Positions 1 through 11,993 of a stretch of 64,000 nucleotides of DNA are shown here, one piece after another (positions within the stretch are counted from its first letter, which is position 1; each line of letters opens with the position of its first letter). The position numbers and the translations under genes are program-made. Below the pieces are notes generated by a model. The model ran no database searches, was not told the origin of the DNA, and saw only the letters and a list, made by a program, of their open reading frames with translations. Source of the DNA: an uncultured virus (IMG/VR IMGVR_UViG_3300027127_000005) (taxonomy: Duplodnaviria > Heunggongvirae > Uroviricota > Caudoviricetes); IMG/VR virus record IMGVR_UViG_3300027127_000005, positions 1 through 64,000 of that record. One strand, 5' to 3'.

Positions 1-1514
1 ACATTTTATCGTTATAAATGATTATTTCATCTTATGATTAAGTGTTAGTGTTTAGGTTAATCAGTTCTTTTTGAATCGTAATTACATCATATTCATCATC
101 TACACTTGATAGATCAACAGGTGCAAACTCAGAAAGATTTACAGTGTTGTTTGTATGAATGGGGGCATAGAAGAGTTCTTGAGTATCAGGATCAATTGTA
201 TAAACACAACCGTAGTTTTCTTTTTGAAGAATAATCATTTGGTTTGAGAGTTAATAATTGCTTGTGCGATTAGAAGAAGTTCATTACCATCTTGTGCTTT
301 AGATAGTAGTTCAAGTTTTTCTTTACGTTTCATCTTTGTTTTAATCAATGACTGAGTAGTTGTCAACATCAATCTCTTTGAGAAGAGTTGTGTATGCTTG
401 AATAGATGCTTCAGTGCAATTATTCTTTTTGAGGTCTTGAATATAATACTCAAGTGCCTCGATAAGCATATGAGTTCGATTGGATTTTTCCATTCTAATT
501 ACTCATTACTTTATCGAATAAAGAATCATAAGCATCTTCACTTAACCATTCGGGAATCTCACAACCAGAATGAAATTCAATCAATGCTTGTAACACTTCA
601 AGTTCTTCAGGTGTGAATCGAAAGATGAGTTCAGTCATTGATAGAACCGATTGCGAATTTCATTACGAAGTTTATTGAGTGTCTGAATATCAGAAATATA
701 TGCTACATCAGAATGATAATGCTCCTCGAAACTTGCATAACCAAGAACATCAACAATATCTTGAATAGTCAAATCATCGTGTTCTTGCAACTGACATTCA
801 TCAAACTGATTGAAGTATCGAGTCAGAAATAACAGAGCATCAGAGTAGATGGTTTCAGTGAGAGTTTGAGTCATTTCAGTTACTTACTTTACGTTCAATC
901 AGTTTAGCAGGAGATCCACAAGACCTATAAAACTCTACCATTGATTGTGCTTCTTGTAGAGTATTAAAGTATTGACTTCTCCATTCACAATCGTTGTAAG
1001 GCACCTGATAAGTAACTTCATACATTTGATTCATTTCAGGCATTGATGAGTTGTTGAACTTGTGCGAAGGTTTTACATTGCCCTGCTTTAATAGCATTGA
1101 TGATGCTATAAGTCACAAAACCACAACGTTCAGTGGCAGGATCACAAATAGCATAACCTGCTTGCTTGGTTTGAACATCGAAAACAGTTTTGATCAGCAT
1201 TGTTTGTTGTTTGTGTGGGACAGATGAAAGAATTAAGAACTAGATGCGAGCAAGTGCATCTTTCTTTTGCTTGGGATTAGAAACTTTCTTACACCAAGCA
1301 GACTTACGAGAAGAATTAACTTGAGAAGGAAGTTTCTGCTTACCTTGCACTTCATTCACAAGTTGAATCATTTGAATGAAGAATTGCTTTTCCATCCGTT
1401 GAGCAGCAGTCATTTCTTGAGTCTGAACTTCGTTCATCATAGCACGGATCTGGGTGTTTGTCAAGGTGGTAACGGTTCTTCTACCTATCAGCATCCCTGA
1501 TGGGTATGCTGGAC

Positions 1515-1733
1515 TCAGAACTGTTCATTTGCATAAGAATCAATCCCCCGAATAATTCCTTCAGCAAATGCAACAGCAATACTTGCCCAAAACTCAGGAC
1601 TTTTTACAAGATCAGAAATTGCTTTAATCCAATCTTGAGGAGTAGAGTTCTTCAGCATTTCCTTCTCTTCAGGAGTCAGATTGGAAATTGTTTCATTCCA
1701 ATCAGATTTAAGTTGTTGTTCGAGAGTTTGCAT
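1515..1733 (-). CDS. hypothetical protein
   Basis: 72 aa ORF directly downstream of a dyad promoter. Confidence 0.7.
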   Translation of the reverse strand: MQTLEQQLKSDWNETISNLTPEEKEMLKNSTPQDWIKAISDLVKSPEFWASIAVAFAEGIIRGIDSYANEQF

Positions 1734-1781
1734 AAAGAATGAAGAATGGGACTCGGGTGGGACCAGACCCCTCCACCTCTT

Positions 1782-1839
1782 TAATATACCACATCCAGGG
1801 GTCTGTGCTCATTTACTGTGCCACTAGAACAAGTGGCAC
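1782..1839 (-). promoter_or_regulatory. Dyad-type promoter (example copy)
   Basis: Minus strand GTGCCACTTGTTCTAGTGGCAC-N30-TATATT, upstream of ORF 1515..1733. Confidence 0.8.
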
Positions 1840-1852
1840 ACGGTATAAGAGA

Positions 1853-2101
1853 CTAGAGTTGAGACAGCACCCACATCATCGCAGATACTTCTTCTTTAGT
1901 ATTCCAACCATTTACATCTTCAGTCATATTTCCATTGGGACGGAAAATTGCAACTTCATAATTGTTCTCATTGATGTTGCCATAGAGACCACAATTCGGT
2001 GGACCAGCAACTACACTAATCTCCCAACCGTTGGAAAACTTATGTCGTGCTTGAATACACTCAGGAATATGATGGGGGTTAAACTTCAGAAGGTCAAACA
2101 T
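1853..2101 (-). CDS. conserved phage hypothetical protein
   Basis: 82 aa with the F-x-N-G-W-x-I-S-V...YEVAI pattern seen in small phage proteins. Confidence 0.7.
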   Translation of the reverse strand: MFDLLKFNPHHIPECIQARHKFSNGWEISVVAGPPNCGLYGNINENNYEVAIFRPNGNMTEDVNGWNTKEEVSAMMWVLSQL

Positions 2102-2293
2102 TGTAAGTAACTTGATAAGAACTGAACTTTGTAACTGCGTCGAGAATCTTTAGATGTTCTTGCGTTGGTTCATAATCATCATTGTCAAACGGAGAAAGAA
2201 TATAAACCATTTGGTCGCAGATGAGTTTATGTAGAACCTTATAATTTTCCTTACTCAGTGTGATTTGCATTAAATCTTTATCCATTGTCATTT

Positions 2294-2626
2294 TCAAATA
2301 ACTTGTTGCGAGAGTGCATACTTCACAATCTCGGTGCGATTGTTCTTATATTGCAGAAGAAGTTCAATCAGAGGTTTGGTATCATCAGGATTTTGAACTT
2401 TTGGGTCACATTCACTATTGACAATAGCAGTGAAAATACTTGCAATCTCAAAATCAGATTCAAACAGAATTTCCCGATGCTCATCAATATAAAGATAATC
2501 ATCTACTGCACTACCAGAAAGTTTCAGAGGAATATCAGGACCAATCATACCCAAAGTTGCAAGTCGTTGCAATGCACCAACAACCCACATCAGTTTACAC
2601 TCATCAATTGTCAGTTGTGCGTTCAT
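2294..2626 (-). CDS. hypothetical protein
   Basis: 110 aa ORF in the same operon, overlapping the next start. Confidence 0.7.
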   Translation of the reverse strand: MNAQLTIDECKLMWVVGALQRLATLGMIGPDIPLKLSGSAVDDYLYIDEHREILFESDFEIASIFTAIVNSECDPKVQNPDDTKPLIELLLQYKNNRTEIVKYALSQQVI

Positions 2627-2670
2627 CGTATTAGGAATAAAGGGAAAAGTGAAGTAGAGGCGAGATTAAC

Positions 2671-3345
2671 TCACACTCCACACAGTTGTTTGGTCACAGA
2701 ACCAGTTGCTTGACGGTTCAGAGATACACCAGCACCAACGTTAGAACCAGCATAAGCACCAGCACCATTAGCACCATTCATCTTCTTTGCACGTCCGAAT
2801 CGCATCGTAGAGAGTTTATCACTCACTGCTTTTGCATCATCGTGAACTCGGTTCTCTGCTTTCTTCATTTCACGCAAACGCAGAGCAACATTATCTGCAA
2901 ATGCCTTGCGGAAATTAAGTTTGAAACTACGAGAAACAGTTGCACCAGTTAGAGCAGACATAATCTTCTCTGCTTGATATGCAACTTCTGCTTCTTTCTC
3001 CATCACTTGATTCAGGTAATCATAATAGAGACGCACTTGGATTTGTTGTGCTTCACTACCAATGATTTGCAGAGACTTAACATCACCATTCTTCATATAT
3101 GCCTTTGCATCATAGAAAGATGCAATCGCATTCAGAAGAGTTGTAAGTGCAACATTCACACGTTTGAAATTGATGAAAGATTCATCATAAACTTGAGTTT
3201 CAGTTGCTTCGGTGATTGTAACACCATACTGCTTACACAGTTTATCAATCATCTTGGCAGCAGCATCTGCTTCACCATCAAAAGAAGTTCCTTCCTGAAG
3301 TTTCAGGATAGACTGAATCTTGGAGATGACTTGTGAACGGTCCAT
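2671..3345 (-). CDS. DUF2786-family protein
   Basis: N-terminal 'VISKIQSILKL...FDGEADAAAKMIDKLCKQYGV' matches the DUF2786 pattern; glycine-rich C-terminus is typical of the family. Confidence 0.7.
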   Translation of the reverse strand: MDRSQVISKIQSILKLQEGTSFDGEADAAAKMIDKLCKQYGVTITEATETQVYDESFINFKRVNVALTTLLNAIASFYDAKAYMKNGDVKSLQIIGSEAQQIQVRLYYDYLNQVMEKEAEVAYQAEKIMSALTGATVSRSFKLNFRKAFADNVALRLREMKKAENRVHDDAKAVSDKLSTMRFGRAKKMNGANGAGAYAGSNVGAGVSLNRQATGSVTKQLCGV

Positions 3346-4676
3346 GTTAAAAGAATGAAGATTGAGACTCGGGTGGGACAGTGCGACCTGCTCCCTCCAC
3401 CCTTTAAGATTAGCATATTTGGGGGTCTGTGCCCATTTCGTGTGCCACTAGAACAAGTGGCACATCTCAACACTGGACTCACCGATTTGTGCTGATAATA
3501 TCAGCAACAGTGTAAAGTGTGTTTGCAGTTACATTCCTCACACTCGGAGAGAAAATAAATGCAACTGCAAAGATAAGAATTATAGTTCGCATCTTATTTG
3601 GTGGTCTAAATGTGAGTGTTTTAGTTCTCATCAGGCAGAGATGGCATAGAGTTTATCAAACTCATAAGCACCATCATCTTCCTCAACTGCCCGATAAACA
3701 ATCACATTCTCACCAGAGAGTTCAACACTCCAATCAAGTGCTTCATCTTTTGCTTCATATACATTGTCAAACCACTCAGCATCAATCAAATCAAAAGATG
3801 CGGGACAGATAACAAACATTGGAATCAAAGAGTAAATGAATTAAATCCACAGAGGGAGAATTGAATCTCCCCCAAATTAAACTCAGGCAGCAACCATAGC
3901 ACGGGCAATCTCATCATCATTCTCAGGACAATCAGCAATGCCCAGGTCTTCACAAACTTGCTCACGAGTGAGTTCAGTTTGATAGGGAACAAGAACATTC
4001 AGAATATCCAGAATGTCGTTGCCAGTATCACCCTGGCAGAGCATAGCAACCATCACATCACGAGAGAAATCAACAGTCATTTTAGTTTGAGTTAGTTGGA
4101 CGTTTGTGGGTGGGTGTGACCCCTTCCACCCTTTAAGAATACCACATTTAGGGGTCTGTGCTCTTTTAGTGTGCCACTAGAAGAAGTGGCACAGGGCATC
4201 ATTGGACTCAGTGAGATTCAGAGATTTCAACATAATCAAGATATTTCACACACCAACCAGTTCTGTCAGAAACTGCATCAGCAAGTTCATCTTCAGTCTC
4301 AACCTCAAAGACTTCACCAATCACGGATTTAGTGACTGCAACCTGTTCATCATAAGGAAGTTCCCCAGAGATTTCTTCTCCATCATCAAAATCAAACTCA
4401 ATGTCAGTTAGTTTCAGAAGCATTGTCAGACACCAATAAAAGGATTAGCAAGTTGTGGAATCGTATTGAAGTCTACAACTTCATACGGAATAGTGTGATT
4501 GAGATATTCTTCAATCTCAAGATTCATCTCAATGCGATTGAGAAACTTCTTGGATTGACTTTGACCCATAAAAGTGAGAGTCTTCAAGAACCACTCTTGA
4601 GATACATCACCAAAAGGTGTTTTGATGGGGTAGAAATCTACCACCATGTTTCCATCGTTAGATTGAAGTTTCATAT

Positions 4677-5072
4677 TCAGAATTTGGTATCAAAAACAAA
4701 ACCATTGACATAAACAGAATCAAGATTGTCAAAGGTATTTTCCCAGTCAATCTCAATAAAAGCAGGGAAATCAACAGAATAACAATCAGTTACAAAGTTT
4801 TCCGCATAATCTGCTTTAGACTCCCATTCACCACGGTAAGCATCTTCAAAGGAAGAGAGATTATCAATACCAAACTCTTCAATGAAAGTATCTACAGCAC
4901 GATAGTTATAAGATTCACCAAACTGAACATACTCTTCGTAATACTGAACAAATGTATCTTCACCATGCTCACCGATGAAAATATACATATCTTCATCATA
5001 ATAGGATTGCTCAACCAAATCCTTAATGAAATCAACAGTGGATTCTTTAAGTTGCATTTCAGTTGCAGGCAT
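4677..5072 (-). CDS. ArdA-like antirestriction (DNA mimic) protein
   Basis: Very acidic 131 aa with 'FEDAYRGEWESKADYAENF...FIEIDWE', resembling the ArdA C-terminal region. Confidence 0.65.
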   Translation of the reverse strand: MPATEMQLKESTVDFIKDLVEQSYYDEDMYIFIGEHGEDTFVQYYEEYVQFGESYNYRAVDTFIEEFGIDNLSSFEDAYRGEWESKADYAENFVTDCYSVDFPAFIEIDWENTFDNLDSVYVNGFVFDTKF

Positions 5073-5355
5073 TGGGTCTCTTAACCTCGATTACTTTGTA
5101 ATGATAGCACCCCAGAGGGGGAAATGGGGGGTTTGGTGGACAGTCCCCCAACTGTCACAGTCTCACACTAGACTCACTCATCATACCAGTATTCATAATC
5201 TTTCACAATATCATCAGGATGATGATACTTTTCAGTCATACGTTCAATAAAGTCTCTCACTTCACCATCATCCATCTCATCATTAAAGAAAAGTGCAACG
5301 TTTACACTTTTGTGAGTAGGAATACGTCCTTGTGTCAGAGTGTTTTCTTCTTCCA

Positions 5356-5763
5356 TTAAAATTGTTCTTCGATTAGTTTAGAAAGTGCTTCAAAAGTATA
5401 ACCCGTATCGTTCAGATTGGCAATATACTCCTTATAGGACCAATCATCTTTATCATCATCCTCAGTAACATCAACTCGAACTTGAGGACTATGAAGAGAA
5501 AATCCTGCCCAATTCATCACAGATTTAGGCAGAAACTCACCCTCACCATCGAAATACCAATAGTCCATTGGTTCAGGATTAGTTTCATCACTATTTTCAT
5601 CATGACTCCTAAACTCCCATTGAGTATCGTGTTCTTGTGAATAAAGGTCACACAGAACACCAAGGCAACAATAACCATTTGCACCACGGAGTTTCCCACT
5701 GCCTTGTTCGTATTTGCCAGAAAGCAGAGCATCAACCCATTTCTGTTTAATTTCAGGATTCAT
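5356..5763 (-). CDS. conserved phage hypothetical protein
   Basis: 'KQKWVDALLSGKYEQG..L....YCCLGVLCDL...LND.GYTF..I..LIE' phage family pattern; likely start at MNPEIK. Confidence 0.75.
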   Translation of the reverse strand: MNPEIKQKWVDALLSGKYEQGSGKLRGANGYCCLGVLCDLYSQEHDTQWEFRSHDENSDETNPEPMDYWYFDGEGEFLPKSVMNWAGFSLHSPQVRVDVTEDDDKDDWSYKEYIANLNDTGYTFEALSKLIEEQF

Positions 5764-6125
5764 TTTAGTTTTCAGTGTCGTTGATGTCATCAAACCAAGT
5801 GTCAAGTGAATTAAAGATTTCTGTAACTATACTATCAGATATAGAATCAATGTGTGGTTCTGAATTATGCTTAAAAGCACGATTGTATCCAAACCTTACA
5901 CCTTCTTCTATTGCCATTTCTAATACGGCACGGAACTTAGGTTTCATCATTCATACGCAGGAAACTGACTTTCTGGTCCATACTCTTTCACATACTCAGG
6001 AAAGGCAAGAATCAGTCTAGTTTTATTTGATGGGTCTGCTTTTCGCATTGCATAAGCAAGTGCAACAACAAATGAACCACCAAATGATTCCATTCGGTTC
6101 ATCATTTCATCAATTTCAATAGCAG

Positions 6126-6392
6126 TCATCGGCAAGTCCAAGGAAGAGTTTTCAGTTCATCATCAGTAAATTGAATACCATCATCAAGTCGTGCTTCATT
6201 CTTATACAAATACCACTGCTTGAAGTTAGTAATGTGTCCTCGCAAATCACCATCCTCATCTACAAAATATACAAGGACATCACAATACTTATTTCTGTCC
6301 CAAGTTAGAATGGTGCATTTACGAATGGGTGCTTTTTCAAATTCAATATCATCAAGTTTTTCAATAGGATAATCAGTAAAGGCATCAAGCAT
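6126..6392 (-). CDS. hypothetical protein (paralog of 40046..40330)
   Basis: MLDAFTDYPI...YLYKNEARLDDGIQFT shared by both copies. Confidence 0.8.
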   Translation of the reverse strand: MLDAFTDYPIEKLDDIEFEKAPIRKCTILTWDRNKYCDVLVYFVDEDGDLRGHITNFKQWYLYKNEARLDDGIQFTDDELKTLPWTCR

Positions 6393-7864
6393 TTGAAGTT
6401 CCTTTGTGTATGAGAGTATTATAAGGCATCAAAGGGCACTCCGAAGGATGCCCTGTGCCAGTTTTCAGAGTGCCATCACTTACCAGTCAGACCACCAGGT
6501 AGGGCAATCAGTCCCAATCGTTGATGTTCCAGATGCCCCACTGGCGACCGTTGAAGTGGGCGTCTCGGGTGGCGATTGCCTGCTCACGCTGGGCGTTAGT
6601 ATAGTTGTTCCACAGTGAGAGGTCGCCGCTGTTGTAACAGTCGGACCATATCTTGTTTGCTTCGGTCAGGGTCATCGGTTTGTTTCGTATGAGAGTATTA
6701 TAAGGCATCTGGTGCCTCTGTGCTCTTTTAGTGTGCCAGTGCTACAACTGGCACATCACCATTGATAATACCTGAACTCATCAGTAGTATCTGCATCAGG
6801 GTCAAAGAGAACATATTTTGCATTATATTTTTCTTGCACCAATTTCAACAGGTCGCACAAGCAAACCAATCCACCCTGATAATAGAAATCCCTCATCTCT
6901 GAAACAGTGGAAACAAGAGCACATTCTTTGTTTCCAACATAAGAAAATTCATCAATCTTTGCTGCTTCCAATGGATGTAGGTGTGCAGTAGAAAGAATAA
7001 TCAGACTGTGTGTTTCCATAGTCATCAATTCACAGCAAGGACAAGATTGGCAACTCGGTTCTCAGGAACAAACTCCTGCAGTTTATCATAAATCCGTTGG
7101 AATTGACCCCCAAGGTGCATATAATAAGCAGAGAGTTGATAATTCTCTGCAAGTTGAAGAGCATTTTCTTTCTCTTCAAGTACGGACATAATATCCAACA
7201 ACTCACCAGAGGTAAAAGAAATAGAAGTCATTTGATGTTAAAGATGTCAAACAGTTCTTGTTGAGTCTTAGTGAAGAGAGTATCAGGTTCAGGATAGTTG
7301 TAAAGTTCTTCCTGAAACTCTTTGTAATGGCAAAGAATGTCTTGCAGAGCAAGCAATTGTTTATCAGTCAAAACTTCCTCAATAGTCAGAACAGTATCAA
7401 GCATTTCCATCAGTAATCACTCCCATCATTTGTGCATTGTTGAATCCAATAAGAATAAGCAGGAAAGTTTTGTGGATGACTCCTATCTCGTTGATACCAG
7501 TTGAATGCAAGATTCACTCTGTTTTCTGGAATCATCAAATAAGGAATCTTAGAAAGATGTGGGGTGTAAGTCATTGAAGGTCTTCCTCAACCATAGAACT
7601 ACTATAACACATTTAGGGGTATGTGCTCATTTACTGTGCCAGTGCTACAGGTGGCACAGGATATCATTGGACTCACGTTAAGTTGTGTATGAACTTCTTC
7701 AGTAGATGTTTGCCCTTATCTACATCAAATCGTTCATCTAACGTTACCATCAGTTCTTCAATGAGTTCAGCATAACATTTCGGAACCCGAATATGGGTTG
7801 TTTCTCCTGACTGTGGAAATTTCTTTGTAAATGGCATAATTCTATGTGGGACACATAATATAAT

Positions 7865-9103
7865 TTATACACCAAGAACTTCACCTTTCACAAAGATAGT
7901 ATCCACAACATTTTGAAGTTGCTTTGCAATCTTATCACCATAGTTGTTATTAACAGGAATCGTGATAGTGCCAAATGGTTTCTTGTAGAAAGCAAACTCT
8001 CCTGCTTTCATCTTACCATCTGCGATTGCTTTACGGTCATCACCGTGCATACGGATAACCCGTCCAACAGTCTGTGCCATTTCAATCAATGGAAGATTGC
8101 GAAGCATAATGCAATCAGTCAATCCCTGCACGTTCATACCCTCAGACAAGATGCTGTAGTGAAACACAATGAACTTCTTTTCTGGGTCTGCACCAAACTC
8201 ATTCATCTTCTCAAAGAAGACTTCACGAGACACTTTCTGTTTGTCAATATAAGCACCGTGCTTAGAAGTGATATGCATAATCGTATAACCCATATCATTG
8301 AGTTGTTGAAGCAAATCACTCTCAGTAAACATTGCCCAGATTACTTTGGTGCTAGGAGCAGCAACAAGAACTTTAGGTGCATCACAATCAGAAATCTCTG
8401 ACAGGATACCTACAATGTTCTCTGCATCTACAAATGCAGCATTTTCTTTAGTGCGAATGGTTTGTGCTTCATAAGGCACAACTTTGGGAGGAATAATACT
8501 ACCAGCATCAATCAGTTCTTGTGCAGGAATACTGATGATGTTGTTGCCATAAACATCAGTATTATTCATAGACTCCATACTGTTATTGAACTTCGGAGTT
8601 GCAGTGAAGAAATAAGCATTATCTGCAACTGATGAAGTATGAGCAATACCCACAAAGTTAGATGGTTTCACGCAATGATGTGCTTCATCAAAATACACAA
8701 CATCAATTTCAATATCAGACTCATTCACCCGACCAATCGAATTGTAAGTGGTGAAGATAAACTGATGCTTGCCACTTCCGATTGCAGTGTCATTGTATTC
8801 TGCAATGTCTGCTGGACGTGTAGAGGATTGATGATGAGTTTCACCACTGTGAACGTGCATATAAGCAACATTCTGGTCCTTGAGATATGCTTCAAACTCA
8901 GAACAAAGTTGATTTGCAAGCAGAATACGAGGAGCAACAACAACAAATGTCATTGGTTCCAGTGCGTTAAGAATCCTCTGACGAGCATCTTCCATCATCA
9001 CAACAGTTTTCCCACCACCAGTAGGAATATACACAGAACCTTTAATGGAGTTCTGAACTGCTTTCAGAGCACGTTGTTGATAAGGAAGAAGAGTCAGCAT
9101 CAA
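7865..9103 (-). CDS. SF2 DEAD/DEAH-like helicase (type III restriction Res-like)
   Basis: Q motif LLPYQ, Walker A PTGGGKT, DEAHH, TATP, SEGMNV, QTVGRVIR. Confidence 0.9.
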   Translation of the reverse strand: MMLTLLPYQQRALKAVQNSIKGSVYIPTGGGKTVVMMEDARQRILNALEPMTFVVVAPRILLANQLCSEFEAYLKDQNVAYMHVHSGETHHQSSTRPADIAEYNDTAIGSGKHQFIFTTYNSIGRVNESDIEIDVVYFDEAHHCVKPSNFVGIAHTSSVADNAYFFTATPKFNNSMESMNNTDVYGNNIISIPAQELIDAGSIIPPKVVPYEAQTIRTKENAAFVDAENIVGILSEISDCDAPKVLVAAPSTKVIWAMFTESDLLQQLNDMGYTIMHITSKHGAYIDKQKVSREVFFEKMNEFGADPEKKFIVFHYSILSEGMNVQGLTDCIMLRNLPLIEMAQTVGRVIRMHGDDRKAIADGKMKAGEFAFYKKPFGTITIPVNNNYGDKIAKQLQNVVDTIFVKGEVLGV

Positions 9104-9369
9104 TAAGTCAAGTAACGTTTGTATTCATACATTATAGCACCCCTCCCGTGCGTTCGGGAAGAGTGCTGGACGGTTCCACAAGTGGCACAGAGGTCACATA
9201 AACTCGGCCATATAATAATCAACAGTCACTTCTAGTTCTGCTGCTTTACGTTCAATCTCCATTGCATACTCATCTGCATACTCAGCAGACTCGTGATTAC
9301 AAAACAGGTCAAGAGTAGAATCGTGCATTTTTCTTTGATTAAACAATTTATGTAAAATAAACTTAAACA

Positions 9370-9756
9370 TCAGAACAAAATTGGTTCAAGAGTAGGTTCA
9401 GCAAACCCAAACTCAACAGGAGAAACTTCCTTAAACTCATCAGTTCCAGGAATCTGCTTATAGCAGTGCAAAGAACCCTCAAGAACCTTATTAAGTTCAG
9501 TATTCACCTTATCAACCCCTACAGAGTCATTATACTCAGGTTCAGGGGTCTTGTCAACCACATCAAAGATGATTAGATTGACACAAGCATCCTTTGCTTC
9601 TTTGAGAGTCTTTGTGACTTGTTGAGGAGTGTCTACAACATCAACAATAATCCACTTAGCAGCAGATGCTTTACGAATGAATCCAACAGTGTTAGAATCC
9701 TTCTGAACTTCGTAGATACCAGCAGACAGACGAGGAAAGGTGAAAGACATAATCAA
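9370..9756 (-). CDS. hypothetical protein
   Basis: 128 aa ORF in a minus-strand operon. Confidence 0.7.
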   Translation of the reverse strand: MIMSFTFPRLSAGIYEVQKDSNTVGFIRKASAAKWIIVDVVDTPQQVTKTLKEAKDACVNLIIFDVVDKTPEPEYNDSVGVDKVNTELNKVLEGSLHCYKQIPGTDEFKEVSPVEFGFAEPTLEPILF

Positions 9757-11468
9757 GAAAGTTTTTTGATGTTGAGAAAGACCATTTGCATTGCTTCACC
9801 GTTCACATAAAAGAACACATAGTTTTTGTGAACTTCAATGTCACCATCTACAGTGGAGAGGTCAACATAATCATCCCCATCATTGTCGGAAATGTAAGGA
9901 TTGTCGTCCGTATCATACCCCACAAAGTATAGAGTGTCATTCACGCAGACAGCATAAGCATCTGCCAGGAGTTCGTGAAACTTTTCAAGAGTGATAGTGG
10001 TGAAAGACATAATCAATAAACAGGTTTGGAAGAGATTTCTTTCCACTCTCGTGGAAAGATTTCGTTAGCAATCTTATCGGTGAGTTTTACACTGTTGATG
10101 GGTTTGATGTTGCTTCTGCGTTGAAACGTCTCGACAGTTCCATCCTTAAACTTAACTGTAATGTTGTAAAGCATAATCAATAGCAATACTCAGGAAGAAT
10201 ACAGAAATTACCACAATACATACGAACCCATTTCAAGGTGTCAGCATAGCAACGAGGTTCAGATACTACTGTGCTCACATTCTTACGAGGATTGTAAGCA
10301 ACCGCAATATAACGATAAAAATCAGGAGATTCTTCAATCTCTTGAATCCACATTTGATTGACATTACCTTCATGCCAATCCCAACGAGAGGTGGTGTAGT
10401 TAAAGATAGTATCGAGGTCTGCCAAGTGGTCTCCTTTGCTTGTGTCCCTGTATTGTAGGGCATCAGGGGGGTCTGTGCTCATTTACTGTGCCAGTGCTAC
10501 AGGTGGCACATCGGTATCAATCTTACCCCTCATATTTCGATTGCCTTGTCTTTACATACTCAAGATTATTCCATTGTTCATAATAACACAATACAAGAAG
10601 ATGGTCTTTCTTATGAAATGAACCTTTATTGCAGACTTTATCTTTTACTGCAATCTCAATAGAAACATACGCATCATCTTTGAAATAAATCCATCCCTCT
10701 AGATTTTTCCACCTGACATAATCATCAACTTTGGGTTTGTAATGAAGTGGCATCTATAAATTAAATAATTTCTTTAATTTATACTCACTTCAAATTACAA
10801 TTTTTTAATTACTACTGCTTTATCATAAGCATCAAACATTTTCTCATCACGTTGAATTGCAAATGAGTTCCATCCAAGAACAGCAATAAAAGCAAGAAAG
10901 ATGTAAGTAATAGTTTTAGAGTTCATAATCAGAAAGAAAGGTAAGGGTGGTCAGGGTCAAGCACATCTACAGTGTTATCTGCAAAATGAAATTTGTGCAT
11001 TGGACAAAACTCATCATAACTAATGTCATAAATTGACACATCCATCTTCAACTGCTCCAGAGTGAGAGTCTGAAGAATCTCCAGAAGATTTTGATAAGTC
11101 ATCAGATTACTTTGAGTTTGCGTTTGATGTGCTGCAATGCTTGTTTTCTTGCTTTGAGTTTCCCCTTACAAGAACCTTTAGTATTCTTATTTTTTCCTGA
11201 GTTGTGCTGCCAATTTGGAGTCATCCCTCCCCTTTGCTTGTCTCCATAGTATAACACCCCTCCAGGGGGTTTGGAGAGGTGTTAGGGACAGTGCTACAAG
11301 TGGCACACTGACTATTTTTTGAGAGTCTTGGTTTCTAATCCATTAACAACCATTCCTTTCTTAATCATTTTCATCATTGCTTCCTGTGCGGATTCAAGTT
11401 GAAAATAACAAGCAAACTTTCTCTTCCCCATAAACTCATATTCTACAGTATAAAACTCATTATTGAGT

Positions 11469-11945
11469 TTAGGCATAAGAGTATTCATTCCACTCTGGGT
11501 CATTTGCTCTATCGAGAGCAAATAGCATCTTATTCAGTGGTTTTTTTGGAATAGTGCGAAGAGACAAATTAGTTTCTTCAAGAAGTTTATCACTTTTTTT
11601 AGAGTTGCAAGGCATACAAGCAACAGTAAGATTTTCCCAAGTATCTTCACCACCACGAGAACGTGGGATGATGTGGTCAATAGTTAGTTCTTTAGTCGAA
11701 CCACAATACTGACACTTATGACCATCACGTTTATAAATCATTGCTCGTGATGGTCTATTTTGCATTAGTTTCTCGTAGGGCAACTTAATGTAATTGACCA
11801 GTCGAATGACTCTCTTACCAAGTGCTTGTGCTTTGTTCTTCATAAGCAGCACGATTGCTCTTTTCCAATTAGTAAAGTTAATTGGTTCATAGGATGCGTT
11901 TAGAACAAGAATAGTTTGATTTGGTTCAATTTTTAAGTAGTCCAT
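11469..11945 (-). CDS. HNH endonuclease (McrA-like)
   Basis: LVLNASYEP N-terminus; RDGHKCQYCG...TIDHIIPRSRGG..TWENLTVACMPCNSKK. Confidence 0.9.
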   Translation of the reverse strand: MDYLKIEPNQTILVLNASYEPINFTNWKRAIVLLMKNKAQALGKRVIRLVNYIKLPYEKLMQNRPSRAMIYKRDGHKCQYCGSTKELTIDHIIPRSRGGEDTWENLTVACMPCNSKKSDKLLEETNLSLRTIPKKPLNKMLFALDRANDPEWNEYSYA

Positions 11946-11993
11946 CGACCTTTTGCGAGTTTAATGTGTGGGAAGATTCTACCTTCCTTATAT

